The notes beneath the pieces are model-generated. The model saw nothing but the letters and a program-made list of their open reading frames with translations, ran no database searches and was not told where the DNA came from. From Promethearchaeia archaeon (GTDB taxonomy: Archaea > Asgardarchaeota > Lokiarchaeia > Sigyniarchaeales > SOKP01), in NCBI GenBank assembly GCA_029856145.1, contig JAHQWK010000009.1:1-42463 (forward strand): DNA of 42,463 nt, read 5' to 3'. This document shows positions 27,726-38,300 of the stretch, piece by piece. The translations under genes were made by a program, and so were the position numbers. Position 1 is the first letter of the stretch, and each line of letters begins with the position of its first letter.

Positions 27726-28319
27726 TCATATAAATTCTAAATCTAACTTTTTTACGATTTCAACGCCAAATTTTTGTTTTAAAAAATATTGGTTCTCTTC
27801 ACGGGATACATAATGATGATGAGGAACTTTAGTACGAGACTTTCTTCTAAACTTTACTCTCATCCCAGGCTTTATTACTCTCCCTACACAATCTAATCCC
27901 CATATTCCAATTCTATTATCATATTCAATACCTGGAATAGAGATATGTTCGGTTATTCCAAAACCAAAATTTCCATAATCATCAAAACTTTTTCTTAAAA
28001 TTTTATTATTATTTACAATTAATAATTTTTTAAGCAACTTTTCTGCATTTTGACCCCTAACAGTTACTTTTGCTCCAATTGGGCGTCCTTTTCTTAGATT
28101 AAATTCTTTCACATTTGTTTTTGACAGTGTTTTAATTGCCTTTTGATCTGCAATCGTTTCTAAAACAGTTACTGCTTTTTCTAGCTCCTCTCCACCAACT
28201 CCAACACCAATATTTAAAACAATCTTTTCTAAGTATGGTTTTTTCATCGGACTTTTCCATTTCTCTTCAAATTCTTTTGAGAGAGCATCTGGAGTTTTTC
28301 TTCGCGTTTTACTAGACAT
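27726..28319 (-). CDS. rpl5: 50S ribosomal protein L5 (uL5)
   Basis: 'KIVLNIGVG', 'PIGAKVTVRG', 'GNFGFGITEHI'. Confidence 0.97.
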   Translation of the reverse strand: MSSKTRRKTPDALSKEFEEKWKSPMKKPYLEKIVLNIGVGVGGEELEKAVTVLETIADQKAIKTLSKTNVKEFNLRKGRPIGAKVTVRGQNAEKLLKKLLIVNNNKILRKSFDDYGNFGFGITEHISIPGIEYDNRIGIWGLDCVGRVIKPGMRVKFRRKSRTKVPHHHYVSREENQYFLKQKFGVEIVKKLDLEFI

Positions 28320-28345
28320 TTTTTTCTCACTTGACTTTTATCTAA

Positions 28346-29101
28346 TTAATTTTCTATTTTAGGTAAATCGATTTCAGAATTTTCTTCTCCTATAATAAAT
28401 GTATAATCATATAGTGTTTCTGTATGATCACCATTATGCTGAATTGAAACTGTACTTGCTTTGGGGCCATATCTTTTCAATACATTACTAATTTTTCCAA
28501 CTTGTCCAATATTTTTTCCAGAAAAAATGATGGCAATATTATTTTCTTTAAATCTTAATACTTTTTGAATTTCTTGCTCAGGAATGGAAATTTTCAAAAC
28601 ATCCATTCTCTTATATTTATCTTCTTTAGGTTTTCTTGGATCTTGAACTTTAATTAATATATTTCTCCCATCGTGAAGATTTAATTGAATATGACCTCCT
28701 TTGATGGTAGTTTTATTGTTTATTCTACATAATTTGAAATTACTCTCTTGTTCAGAGATTTCATGTAGAATTAGACCATGATGAGAATCGGGTAATATTC
28801 TATAATATTTATTCATATTGTCTATTGATAATACATCCATCAGTCCTATAGGGTATGATTTATTCCTAATTATTTTTCCATCAATTTTAAAATGACCTAA
28901 GCCAATAAGTTTTTTAGCTTCCTTATGAGTATCAACAATAGCAAGTAGATCTCTTACAATATGAAGAAGAGGTAAACAAAATCTGCTAGGATGAGGGCCT
29001 GGGGTTGGGTTTACAAAAAAAATTCCATGTTTTCTTTTAATTTGTAGATGAGCGGGAGTATTAAGTCTTTTCAATACCTTTTGACTGCCATGTCTAGCCA
29101 T
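28346..29101 (-). CDS. rps4e: 30S ribosomal protein S4e
   Basis: 'PGPH', 'PIGLMDV', 'QLNLHDGRN'. Confidence 0.97.
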   Translation of the reverse strand: MARHGSQKVLKRLNTPAHLQIKRKHGIFFVNPTPGPHPSRFCLPLLHIVRDLLAIVDTHKEAKKLIGLGHFKIDGKIIRNKSYPIGLMDVLSIDNMNKYYRILPDSHHGLILHEISEQESNFKLCRINNKTTIKGGHIQLNLHDGRNILIKVQDPRKPKEDKYKRMDVLKISIPEQEIQKVLRFKENNIAIIFSGKNIGQVGKISNVLKRYGPKASTVSIQHNGDHTETLYDYTFIIGEENSEIDLPKIEN

Positions 29102-29104
29102 TAT

Positions 29105-29533
29105 TTATTTTTCCACCTCTTTCTCTTTCTTTGGGCCTTTTAATTCTTCTTCATAAAATCCATATAAAGCTTTTCTCTCAATCATGTTTGCGCGCCATTG
29201 GTCCATTTTCTTCTCTTTATAAAACTTAGTTATAATTAGATTTGATATATGTATCGGAGGATGAAATTGTGTGCCATCAGTCTTCTCGAATTGAGCTTCT
29301 TTAATTTTAGCTCGCTGATTTTTAGTAATTTCAATTACTTCGCCTTCAAAATCGGTAAACTCGCCATGTGATATTCTTACATGGTCACCAACTCTAAGGG
29401 GAAGTCTTTTAATCCCATATTCATCACGGAGAAAATCAACTACCCGTGTACTAAGCAATTTTGAACGCTGATGATTGCTATAATTATTTAAAGCTTTTCT
29501 TTGTTTTCCTGGTTTTCGCGATTTTACTTTCAT
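29105..29533 (-). CDS. rpl24: 50S ribosomal protein L24 (uL24)
   Basis: 'KPGKQRK', 'LRVGDHVRI', 'IHISNLIIT'. Confidence 0.95.
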   Translation of the reverse strand: MKVKSRKPGKQRKALNNYSNHQRSKLLSTRVVDFLRDEYGIKRLPLRVGDHVRISHGEFTDFEGEVIEITKNQRAKIKEAQFEKTDGTQFHPPIHISNLIITKFYKEKKMDQWRANMIERKALYGFYEEELKGPKKEKEVEK

Positions 29534-29547
29534 TTTTAATCTTCCTA

Positions 29548-29973
29548 TTATATTATTAATGATGAAATTGAGGCGAGTCGTGGGAACATTTCTGCTGCTT
29601 CTCGCGCGATTGGACCCCTGATCTCTGTCGCCTTAGGGTCACCTTCTTTTGTAATAATAACGCCTGCATTATCCTCAAAACAAAGCCTGGTTCCATCTAA
29701 TCGTCTATAGATCATTTTTTGTCGAACTATTACTGCTTTTACTATATTTCCTCGCAATTCTGGTTTCCCTTTTTTTATTGTAACAGTGCATACACTTCCA
29801 ACTGAAGCTTTTGGTAATCTTCTTAATCGGGTTTTAAAACCATCTACATTTATTATTTGAGCTATCTTCGCTCCTGAATTATCGGCAATAATGATCCGTG
29901 ATCCATTACATAAACCATAACTTGTTCGTGGTTTGGTGTATGTTTTTCTTCCCATTTTTCTTCTGGTACCCAC
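29548..29973 (-). CDS. rpl14: 50S ribosomal protein L14 (uL14)
   Basis: 'ADNSGAK', 'FEDNAGVI', 'GPIAREAAE'. Confidence 0.97.
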   Translation of the reverse strand: MGTRRKMGRKTYTKPRTSYGLCNGSRIIIADNSGAKIAQIINVDGFKTRLRRLPKASVGSVCTVTIKKGKPELRGNIVKAVIVRQKMIYRRLDGTRLCFEDNAGVIITKEGDPKATEIRGPIAREAAEMFPRLASISSLII

Positions 29974-30327
29974 TTAAACCACCCTACTTGAAATTTTTTC
30001 TAATATTATAAATGCTTTTGATTTAGAAATTTTTCGAGATTCTCCTACTTTTACTAAATCTCCTATTTCAATCTCAGACAGTAAACAATCTGGTAAATGA
30101 CAAGCTAATCTCGTATTTCGACGTTCGTATCTTTGATATTTTTTAATAAATTGAACATAATCACGCCTAATAATGACGGTATTTTTTGATTTTTTACTTA
30201 CAACAACTCCTTGTGTAATTTTTCCCCTAATTCTTGTAGTACCATGATAAGGACAAGACTGATCTTTACAGTCTTCAGCTTTACTTTTAGGAGGTACAAC
30301 ACCAGGGATACCAATATTTCTACTCAT
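29974..30327 (-). CDS. rps17: 30S ribosomal protein S17 (uS17)
   Basis: 'CPYHG', 'KYQRYERR', 'ESRKISKSK'; ATG 30327 overlaps the upstream TGA (ATGA). Confidence 0.96.
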   Translation of the reverse strand: MSRNIGIPGVVPPKSKAEDCKDQSCPYHGTTRIRGKITQGVVVSKKSKNTVIIRRDYVQFIKKYQRYERRNTRLACHLPDCLLSEIEIGDLVKVGESRKISKSKAFIILEKISSRVV

Positions 30328-30641
30328 TTTATTAACCATCTCTTTTTCTTTAAACTTCTTAATCTATTCACAGGAAGCCCAACAATCTTATTGCCTTGAA
30401 CTTCTAAATAGTATTCCTCTTCTTCATTCATAAAGTTTGAAATTTCAAACCTAAATATATAATCTTTTTTGATATATTTCTTGAATTTATCATTTTTTTC
30501 TGTAATTAACATATCTCTTGTTTCATCAATCACAACGCCTATTGGTGAGAATTTTTTGTCATTTAACCTTGATTTGGGTTTAGCATAGGCATAAATACCT
30601 ATTAAATCGTGGTATATCAGAAATTTTGGATTTATCATCAT
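30324..30641 (-). CDS. rnp1: Ribonuclease P protein subunit Rpp29 (Pop4)
   Basis: 'HDLIG', 'GVVIDETRDML'; position between rpl29 and rps17. Confidence 0.88.
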   Translation of the reverse strand: MMINPKFLIYHDLIGIYAYAKPKSRLNDKKFSPIGVVIDETRDMLITEKNDKFKKYIKKDYIFRFEISNFMNEEEEYYLEVQGNKIVGLPVNRLRSLKKKRWLIK

Positions 30642-30835
30642 TTTTCTTCATTCATCACAGTAAGTAATCTTGCGATTTGCTTTCTTAATAATTTTGCTTT
30701 AGCAGGGTTATCCGAAAGGCCTCCACCGGTTTGCATTGAATATAGCATCATTAATTCCTCTCTTAAAGTAATTAAAGCTCTTTCCCTTTCTCTATCATCC
30801 ATTTCACGTATTCTCATTGCTGTTAAAATATCCAT
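30638..30835 (-). CDS. rpl29: 50S ribosomal protein L29 (uL29)
   Basis: 'IREM', 'NPAKAKLLRKQIARLLTV'. Confidence 0.95.
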   Translation of the reverse strand: MDILTAMRIREMDDRERERALITLREELMMLYSMQTGGGLSDNPAKAKLLRKQIARLLTVMNEEK

Positions 30836-30863
30836 ATACCATCACAAATTTATTATTATAATA

Positions 30864-31682
30864 TTATTTCTTTTCTGGTTCTTGTTCTTCATCTTCTTTA
30901 TCAGGAGTTAAAGAGATCTCGGAAATTTCTCCTTCATCTACCTCATCAATTAGTTTCTTATCATCTTTACTTAAAACTCCTTCTTCCTCTTCAAATACAT
31001 AATCTGCTCGTGTTTTTGCTAATTTTGCTTCCTCTTTTGCTTGAGCCTTTACTAGAAGATCATCCTTGATTTTAACACCATCTCCCATTTTTGTATTCGC
31101 ACGCATTATTTTCACAATTACTCCTAAAGTACCTGATTTCTGAATACATTGAGCAACACCTTTATCTACTCCTTCTTGGGCGGGTTGGCCACTCTTAGAC
31201 ATAACACCTGCACGAAAGATTTGAGTTCTTGCTCTTTGAGAAGTAACCTTTCCTGAGACGATAATCTCAACTCCACGTGCTCCTGCATCCATAACTTTTC
31301 TTAAAATATAATATCCTGCTCTTCTATAGTGGCGTCCCCTATCTAAACTATACGCCAATCTTTCTGCCATAATTTGAGCATCAAGGTCTGGCTCTGCAAC
31401 TTCTTCGACCTCAATCTGAGGCAATAGGCTTGAGATCTTAATTAGAACTCAATTTTCCAGCTCAAATTGTTCTTGAAGTACATCCGTTATCTCTTGAATA
31501 CGTTTACCACCTTTTCCAATTACCAAACCTGGGCGTGAAGTTCTTAATGTTATTCTTACTCCGAGTGGAGTACGTTGTAACTCTATTCCTGCAAATCCCG
31601 CACGAATTAATTCTGAGCGTAAGTATTCGTTTATTTGCATCAACTTAATCCCTTGTTCTATGAAATTTTTTACAAGCGGCAA
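30864..31682 (-). CDS. rps3: 30S ribosomal protein S3 (uS3), interrupted by a 30-nt insert (~31422-31451) containing an in-frame TGA
   Basis: 31449-31682 encodes the KH domain ('RPGLVIGKGG...FELEN'); 30864-31424 encodes 'PQIEVEEV..PDLDAQIMAERLA...GARGVEI'; both parts are in the same frame. Confidence 0.95.
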
Positions 31683-31835
31683 TTATGTCACCAATAGAAA
31701 ATTCTTATTGTTTATATACATATTATTTCTACTATTAACGTTTCTAACTTGATAAGTGTAGTAAGAAATTATAAAATTTTAAGTTTATTAAAAAGAGATA
31801 TAAATGTGCTAAGAAATAAAAGTGAAAAACTTAAA

Positions 31836-32297
31836 TTACAAGGAAAGGTCTTTTACTCCAATTTTCTTAAAAAGAGGGGCTAATAAATTCAGAATCTTCT
31901 GAAATTCTTTATCAATTATATTAATTTCTATTTCTCCCTCCCTTTCTATTGTAAAATTTGTAAGGTCAATCAATAATTTAAAATTCCTAACTAACTCTCT
32001 TTTCTCATCATTATCGATATAATCTCTATACTCTTTCAAATCGTTATGGAATACTGAATCTAATAATTTGCCATAATCAAACTCCATATGCCTATTACCA
32101 AGAAACTTGAGATTATTATCTAAGCTTTTTAATAGTTGAAGATAACTATTTATCAAAGCAAATTCTCTAAATTCTGGATTATCTGCGTTCTTCAACGAAA
32201 ACCTTAAAAGATTCAAAAGAATGTCATAGGTTTTTAAAATTCGCTTTGAAGCTAACATATCAATATGATAAAATAATTTTACTCTTAAATATTTCAC
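31836..32297 (-). CDS. Hypothetical helical protein; candidate immunity protein of the upstream giant protein
   Basis: 153 aa, starts 32 nt after the giant gene's stop on the same strand; function inferred from position only. Confidence 0.5.
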   Translation of the reverse strand: MKYLRVKLFYHIDMLASKRILKTYDILLNLLRFSLKNADNPEFREFALINSYLQLLKSLDNNLKFLGNRHMEFDYGKLLDSVFHNDLKEYRDYIDNDEKRELVRNFKLLIDLTNFTIEREGEIEINIIDKEFQKILNLLAPLFKKIGVKDLSL

Positions 32298-32329
32298 TAT
32301 TTTTTAGTAAATTTAGAATATAAAGAAGT

Positions 32330-35300
32330 TTAAATAAGGAAATTAGACCTTGCAAACCTTACTAACTCGTCCCAACTATACCCTGTATAAGAAGTCAAAA
32401 ATCTATTTGCGTTCCTTTTCAATGAGTCTATTGGGTAATAATAATCTTCATGCAATCCTAAATCAATAACAAGTTTACCCATATTGTAATAATGTCTACT
32501 GCTTCCTAGCTCATGGATGTGATTACGCAATAATTCAATAGCTAATTCAAAATAGTTTTTAACAGGAATATTAAGTGCTTGAAATTTTAAATCTTTAAAG
32601 GAAACTCCAATAAAAGATTGTATATAAAAACTCCCCCGGCTTCTAAGTGTGCTCTCTGAAATCCCGAAAATTCTAGAAAATTCCAGATCTATTGATAGCT
32701 GTGAGGCACTATATCGAGTATTACGACTATTTTGCCTAATCAAGTCAATTGCACGATTATATAGTTCTTGATTCGTAGGTTTAGGAAAGACACTTTCTAC
32801 AACTTCTTCTATACCTTTGTTGAAGACTTTTCTAAATACATTGGCAATGTAATCATTCCGCTTCTTTAAGTTATTTCCGTATTGAGGTCTGTCAAATCCT
32901 TGTAATCTCTCTCTTAATGATTTATAATCTTTTATACCTAATCTAATCTGTTCCAAGAAAATAGTCTTATATATTTCAAGCCTTAAATCTTCAAATGACA
33001 TACTCTCCTTATATACATCATGATAGAGGGTGAAAAGGATAGATCTAATCATACTCTCAGAAGATTCTATTAATTTATCTAATCCTAACTTTAATGAAAT
33101 TGCATTTATATCATAGCCTTTCCTAAATAAATATTCTATTCTTGACAGAAACGGCTTAAGAACTTCATTACTAAACATTTCAGCGATTTGTATTCTAGAA
33201 AAACTTTTACCTAATTCGTTTAATACAGGGAAATAATACTTATCCCTTAATTTTTTGAAACTTCCAAAATTATTATTGATTATTTCCCTTAAAGACTTCA
33301 TTTTTCCTTTATATCCTAAAGATTTCAATGATTCAAAGATTTGACTTATAGTAAAACCTACAGAAGCACTTTTGATAATGAAGGATAAAAGATAGTTTGA
33401 AGTCCAAGCCCCTGCTGATTTATCTTCTTTATTTAACCCAACACCTTTACTTCTTTGCAGATGAATTCTGTCAATTTCAGCTTTAGATAGAGTATCTTCA
33501 GAAAAGTATAATTTCTTAAGTACAAACTCAAAACGAGTATCGATAGCAGTGTAAATTGCTCTCCAGTCTAACCTACGATAATCTACTCTCCCATTAGGCT
33601 TATATGAAATCAATCCTAAACTATCCAAGTGCTGACGAATTAACCCACGAATTGTTATTCCGCCTCCGTTTGGACCTCCACTCTTTATTTTATTAAAGTC
33701 CTCTATACTTAAGGAATGTAAAGCGTTATAATCCAAAAATTCATGAGAGTCTTTATAATAGAGATTTCGACCTTTAATTATTTTACGATTATATTGATTC
33801 TTTCTAATTGGGTGAGAAGTTCTTGACTTGCCAGACATTGTTAGCCCCGAAACCTTGTCTACCCATTCATAAAGGAACCCCCACCACTGATATTTTCGCT
33901 TCCCTTCAACACTAAGAATCTGAATTGTTTTTACTTTATCCAATATTTCTAAATCTACTTCATATTTAAGTATATCGTGATGCAGTCTGTCGTAGCCTAA
34001 TTCTCTTCTATTCTCATTTATTTCATTAAGATTTTTGGAAATTACTTTACTAGCAACTTTAGTAAGTCTTAATAATTGAGTTCTCTGGATACCATGGAAC
34101 ATTCTTAAATCTAAAAATAAATCTAGTGTCTCTTGCCAAGAATCTAATGTACCTAAAGACTTATAATTAAATTTTGACTTTGGATTAGTGTTAACCATTC
34201 CAATCGTTATAGGTGCAGCGGACAAGAATGGGGCAATAGCAGGAAATATGAAACCTATTACTCCAACGCCTATCGCTACGGCTGCTGTCATTAACCCTTT
34301 CTTATGGTCTCTCATCCAACTCACAAGTCTGTTTGTGTCACTCCTTGCGGCGTAAGTAGCTTCAGTAAATGCACGGGCGGTAGGAAGCGGCTTTTGAGAT
34401 TCTTGGAGTCTACTTGCCTGATATTGTAAATTATTAATGAAGTTAGTCATAGAGTGTCTTTGATTATCAGAAATCATAGATTGTGGGGCATTCATAATCC
34501 CTGCTTTCTGATGTCTTGATTCTAAAATACCTTTAACGGCATCCTTCAATTCAAATAGACTGTCAGCTGAATCACCGCCGACAATCATAAGATTTCCAAT
34601 AGTCATGCCGATTGACCCACCGAAACCACCCATTATAGCACCAATAAACATCATCACCGTGAAGAAGCTGTCAAGGATATAATCTTTCCGATTATCTTTT
34701 TGAATTTGAGCTTCTTGTGCTTGTTGCCTCATCTCATTCATCTGCTCTATGGTTAGTTGCTGCTGAGCAGCTATATTCTGAAGGTTCAGCGAAGTCTGGG
34801 GCCTCACACTTGCCCACATAAACTGAGTGACTGCGCTGAAAAGGAACTCACGCCCGGTCTCAGCAAGCCCACTGAGGTATATTTGTGCTGTCTCGTCCCA
34901 ACCAAGATCTGCTACCGCGTTGGTAACGTAGGCTTCAATCCAAGGGTCAACAAATACTTCTTGAATACTTTCAGAAATCAGCGCTTTCGTGATTTTAAAC
35001 ATGTTATATCCAAGACCTCTAGATGCGGGATTAAGAAGACTATTAAATAATTCTCCTGCATTCATATTATTATAAAGATTAGCTAGCCTTTTTCCAGCAG
35101 TCTCTGCTTGAATAGCATCATCTAGCTTATCAAATAGATTATTAGCTAATTTACTAAATGCTTTGTCAATTACAATCGTAGCGCCCATTACAATAAGAGT
35201 ACTAATAATAGTGACAAATATGGTGTAGCAAGCCTCGGAAAGTCTCTGTTGAGTCTGCTCCGCAATCATAAATTGATATGTGTATTCTAAGATCGCCTGA

Positions 35301-38300
35301 TGGGCAGATTGCATTGTAGCAATTGTATTAGCTTCTTCTAGTGTGATGTCGTCTCGCTCCACCGAAATATCCCTATATTTTTCTATGCAAAATTCGAGAA
35401 TAATATGACCTTCATACCCCTCAACATTGTTATATAGATCTTCCTTGCTAGCAAGACATTCATCTAAAAGTATTGTAAAACTAGAATTTAAAATTACTTC
35501 TCCTGTAATCGCATTAAAAATAAATTCCGGAATATAGTCAATGTCCAAAAGTGGAAGCTGATTTCCCAGTGAATCTACATAATAAGGCACGATATTCACG
35601 ATATCTGACATAATTAAGCGATTTGCCACAGTATCCTCGGGGATTAACTGTATGATATCTGTAGTGCCATTATAGACTTTGTAGATGTGATAATACTTAT
35701 CTTCTAAGTCCCCATATTCTTCGTGATCTACATAAATAGGATAGTCAAGGTAAAACTCTGGAGCTAAAACTGTATCAGAATCGATAAACTGTAATGAGGG
35801 TCTCACGCCAACCATGTATGGAATAAGGCGATCATATGAAATACTGTCTTCAGGATCGCTTTCAGTTGCCTTATAAATCTCATTTTCTAAGTACATAATG
35901 GAATTTTTCATGTAAAGAGCACGTGGATCACGGGGTTGAGTGAGACCTAAGTTATCTAATATTGGAAGTTGCTCAATAGATATTCCATAAAATTCCTCAA
36001 TATCTTGATTGAAGAATGACATCAACAGGGAATCATCAAAATCCGAATATTGCAGATAAGATCGTGTCTGCTGTGAATAATCTAATAATAGTGGGTTAAA
36101 TTGAGTGCCGAAAACGGTCGTCTTCTCGATATGAGCAGGGGCAAGAATAACCTCTCCCTCATATATATGTTTATCCGTCTCAGCTTTTACGGGAGTATAG
36201 ACTCCTGCTTTACTTCCTTGAAGTGTATTTGGCATGATATCGCCAAAATATCTATCCATCCACCACTTATCTGATAATGTTTCGATGTCTTGATATTCCT
36301 CGTTATAAGTGGTCTGAGAAGCTAAATAATTGTTGATCTCTTGTTGTTGGGCAATTGCCATAGCAGAGTTTAAAAGCCAATACATAATCATACCGACAAT
36401 AAAACCAATTGCAGTCCCGAAACCTGGCAACGCCGAGCCTATTGAAGTACATGCTCCTATTATACCAGCCAAGACTATTCCCGTGACCTTTCCAACTACA
36501 AAAGCCGTTAATTGTGAAACTACTTGCCATGCGATATCTCCAATGATTTTCTCAGCAGAAAGAGATTCTATAAATATTTGATGCGTAAGCCGCATTGCAA
36601 ACCTAATTAAATCACTGGACGTCCCTGTATATTGTGATTTCCAGATGTCAAATAAAGAATCTCTGAATGTAGGCTCTACAAACATGCCATCATAACTGTC
36701 AGTATCTTGATAATTAATTAATTTATGACCGGTATATTTTAATGCCATTTTCAAAGCTATGTCATCATCTGCGGTAGCCGCACTTGTAATAATATGTTTC
36801 TCCGTAATCATGACCTTATGAGGCTCAAAATAGGAGTTTCCGTCATAATCAAACCCGATTCCGACCACTTCACCATCAGAGTCGGCAATAAAGATCGTAC
36901 TGTGAATACCATCGCCATCTTCATCATAATAAAGATATCTATACCCTTCAAGGTTATCTGGAGCATACCCTCGGACGTTATCATAATATACTCCCGTTTC
37001 TGGAACCACCTCGATAACATCAGCGACAATCTTTTGCTCAGTTAAATAATCATTGATCCCTGTACCTTCATTATAAGTTGCAGGTATTGAAATAACTTTC
37101 TGAGTTGCTAAAATATTATCAAACTGAACAGAACCGTTAATTATAATTCTTCTATCAAATATAGCTGGAATTCCATCTCTAGGATGAGAAAGGGATAAAA
37201 GATTCTCAAGAGCAGGGACGTAGGTAATAACATCATTGGAACTATCCTCATCTCCATTATCATTTATAACTGGCACAAGATTATTGTCTAAGTTATATAC
37301 TTCCGATAGCTCATTTGGAAATACATCATCATAATATCTGGTGCTTACAACCTCGCCATACTCGAAATCTCTGAACGCATAGGACATACTTGAATCAGAA
37401 ATAATATATGTAGAATTCCTATATTCTGTTAAATATCCCTCATAATGATCAAGATCATCATTCAAGGGTGTGAAATGAATATGGGTAATTTCTGTGGAGT
37501 AAAGAACTGTATATGAGCTGTAAAAGGTCTGTTCATAAGATATTTCATGATCAATATATCCATCATAATCATCATCTTTCTGAATTAAAGTGATTAACTT
37601 TTGTATTCTATAAGTTATTGTACTGTTAGTGATGATAGTACGTTGTGCTGTCACTTTATAATCGGGATCTTTACTATCAATAGAGTATCTTTCAGTCTTT
37701 CTTACATCATTTACTTTATCAGTATGAACTTCTGTAGTTGCTACTTCTTGGACAAGCGTATGGAACGTAATTTCTCCCGCTGGGTTGATGTAGCCATACT
37801 TGAAAGAATCATAGACTCCATTCTGGGTTATATCATCTTTCTGGATAACGAGCTCATGGCTACAATCCTCATCATAATCAAAGAGTTCCAGTACTGTCTT
37901 TGGATCATTAACTTTTGTGAAATTATCGAAATCTTGATACTGTTCCATCTTATCTAATGAATAGGTCAGATCAACATTATCATCATCTACAAACTTACTA
38001 TTTCTCGTGTAAGTAAAATATTCAAACATAGAATCTTCAGAACCGACCGCATAATCTTCCATAAGGAGGAAGTAATCAATATCATTATATTCAAAGTCTA
38101 CATAGAGCGAATCATTCTTGGTCCATAATGGAACTTCAGGATTATTATTAATTGCTGCTTGTAAAAATCTAAATTGGGTATAATCTGAATATGCCCCTTC
38201 TGTGAAGTTAAGATAAACAATAATCTTCTCAAAATTATCTAATGTGTATCCATCTGGAGCTGAAATTTCGATTAATTTTTCACTTGAGTATATATTTGCA

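Noticed and set aside
31449-31451. TGA in rps3 as a catalytic selenocysteine codon
   Set aside because: S3 has no conserved Cys here, readthrough would add 10 foreign residues, and no SECIS was recognised; kept only as a minor alternative.
31422-31454. T4 gene 60-style translational bypass in rps3
   Set aside because: A stop within a hairpin fits, but the take-off codon AAT has no matching landing codon before CCT (TTG is there).
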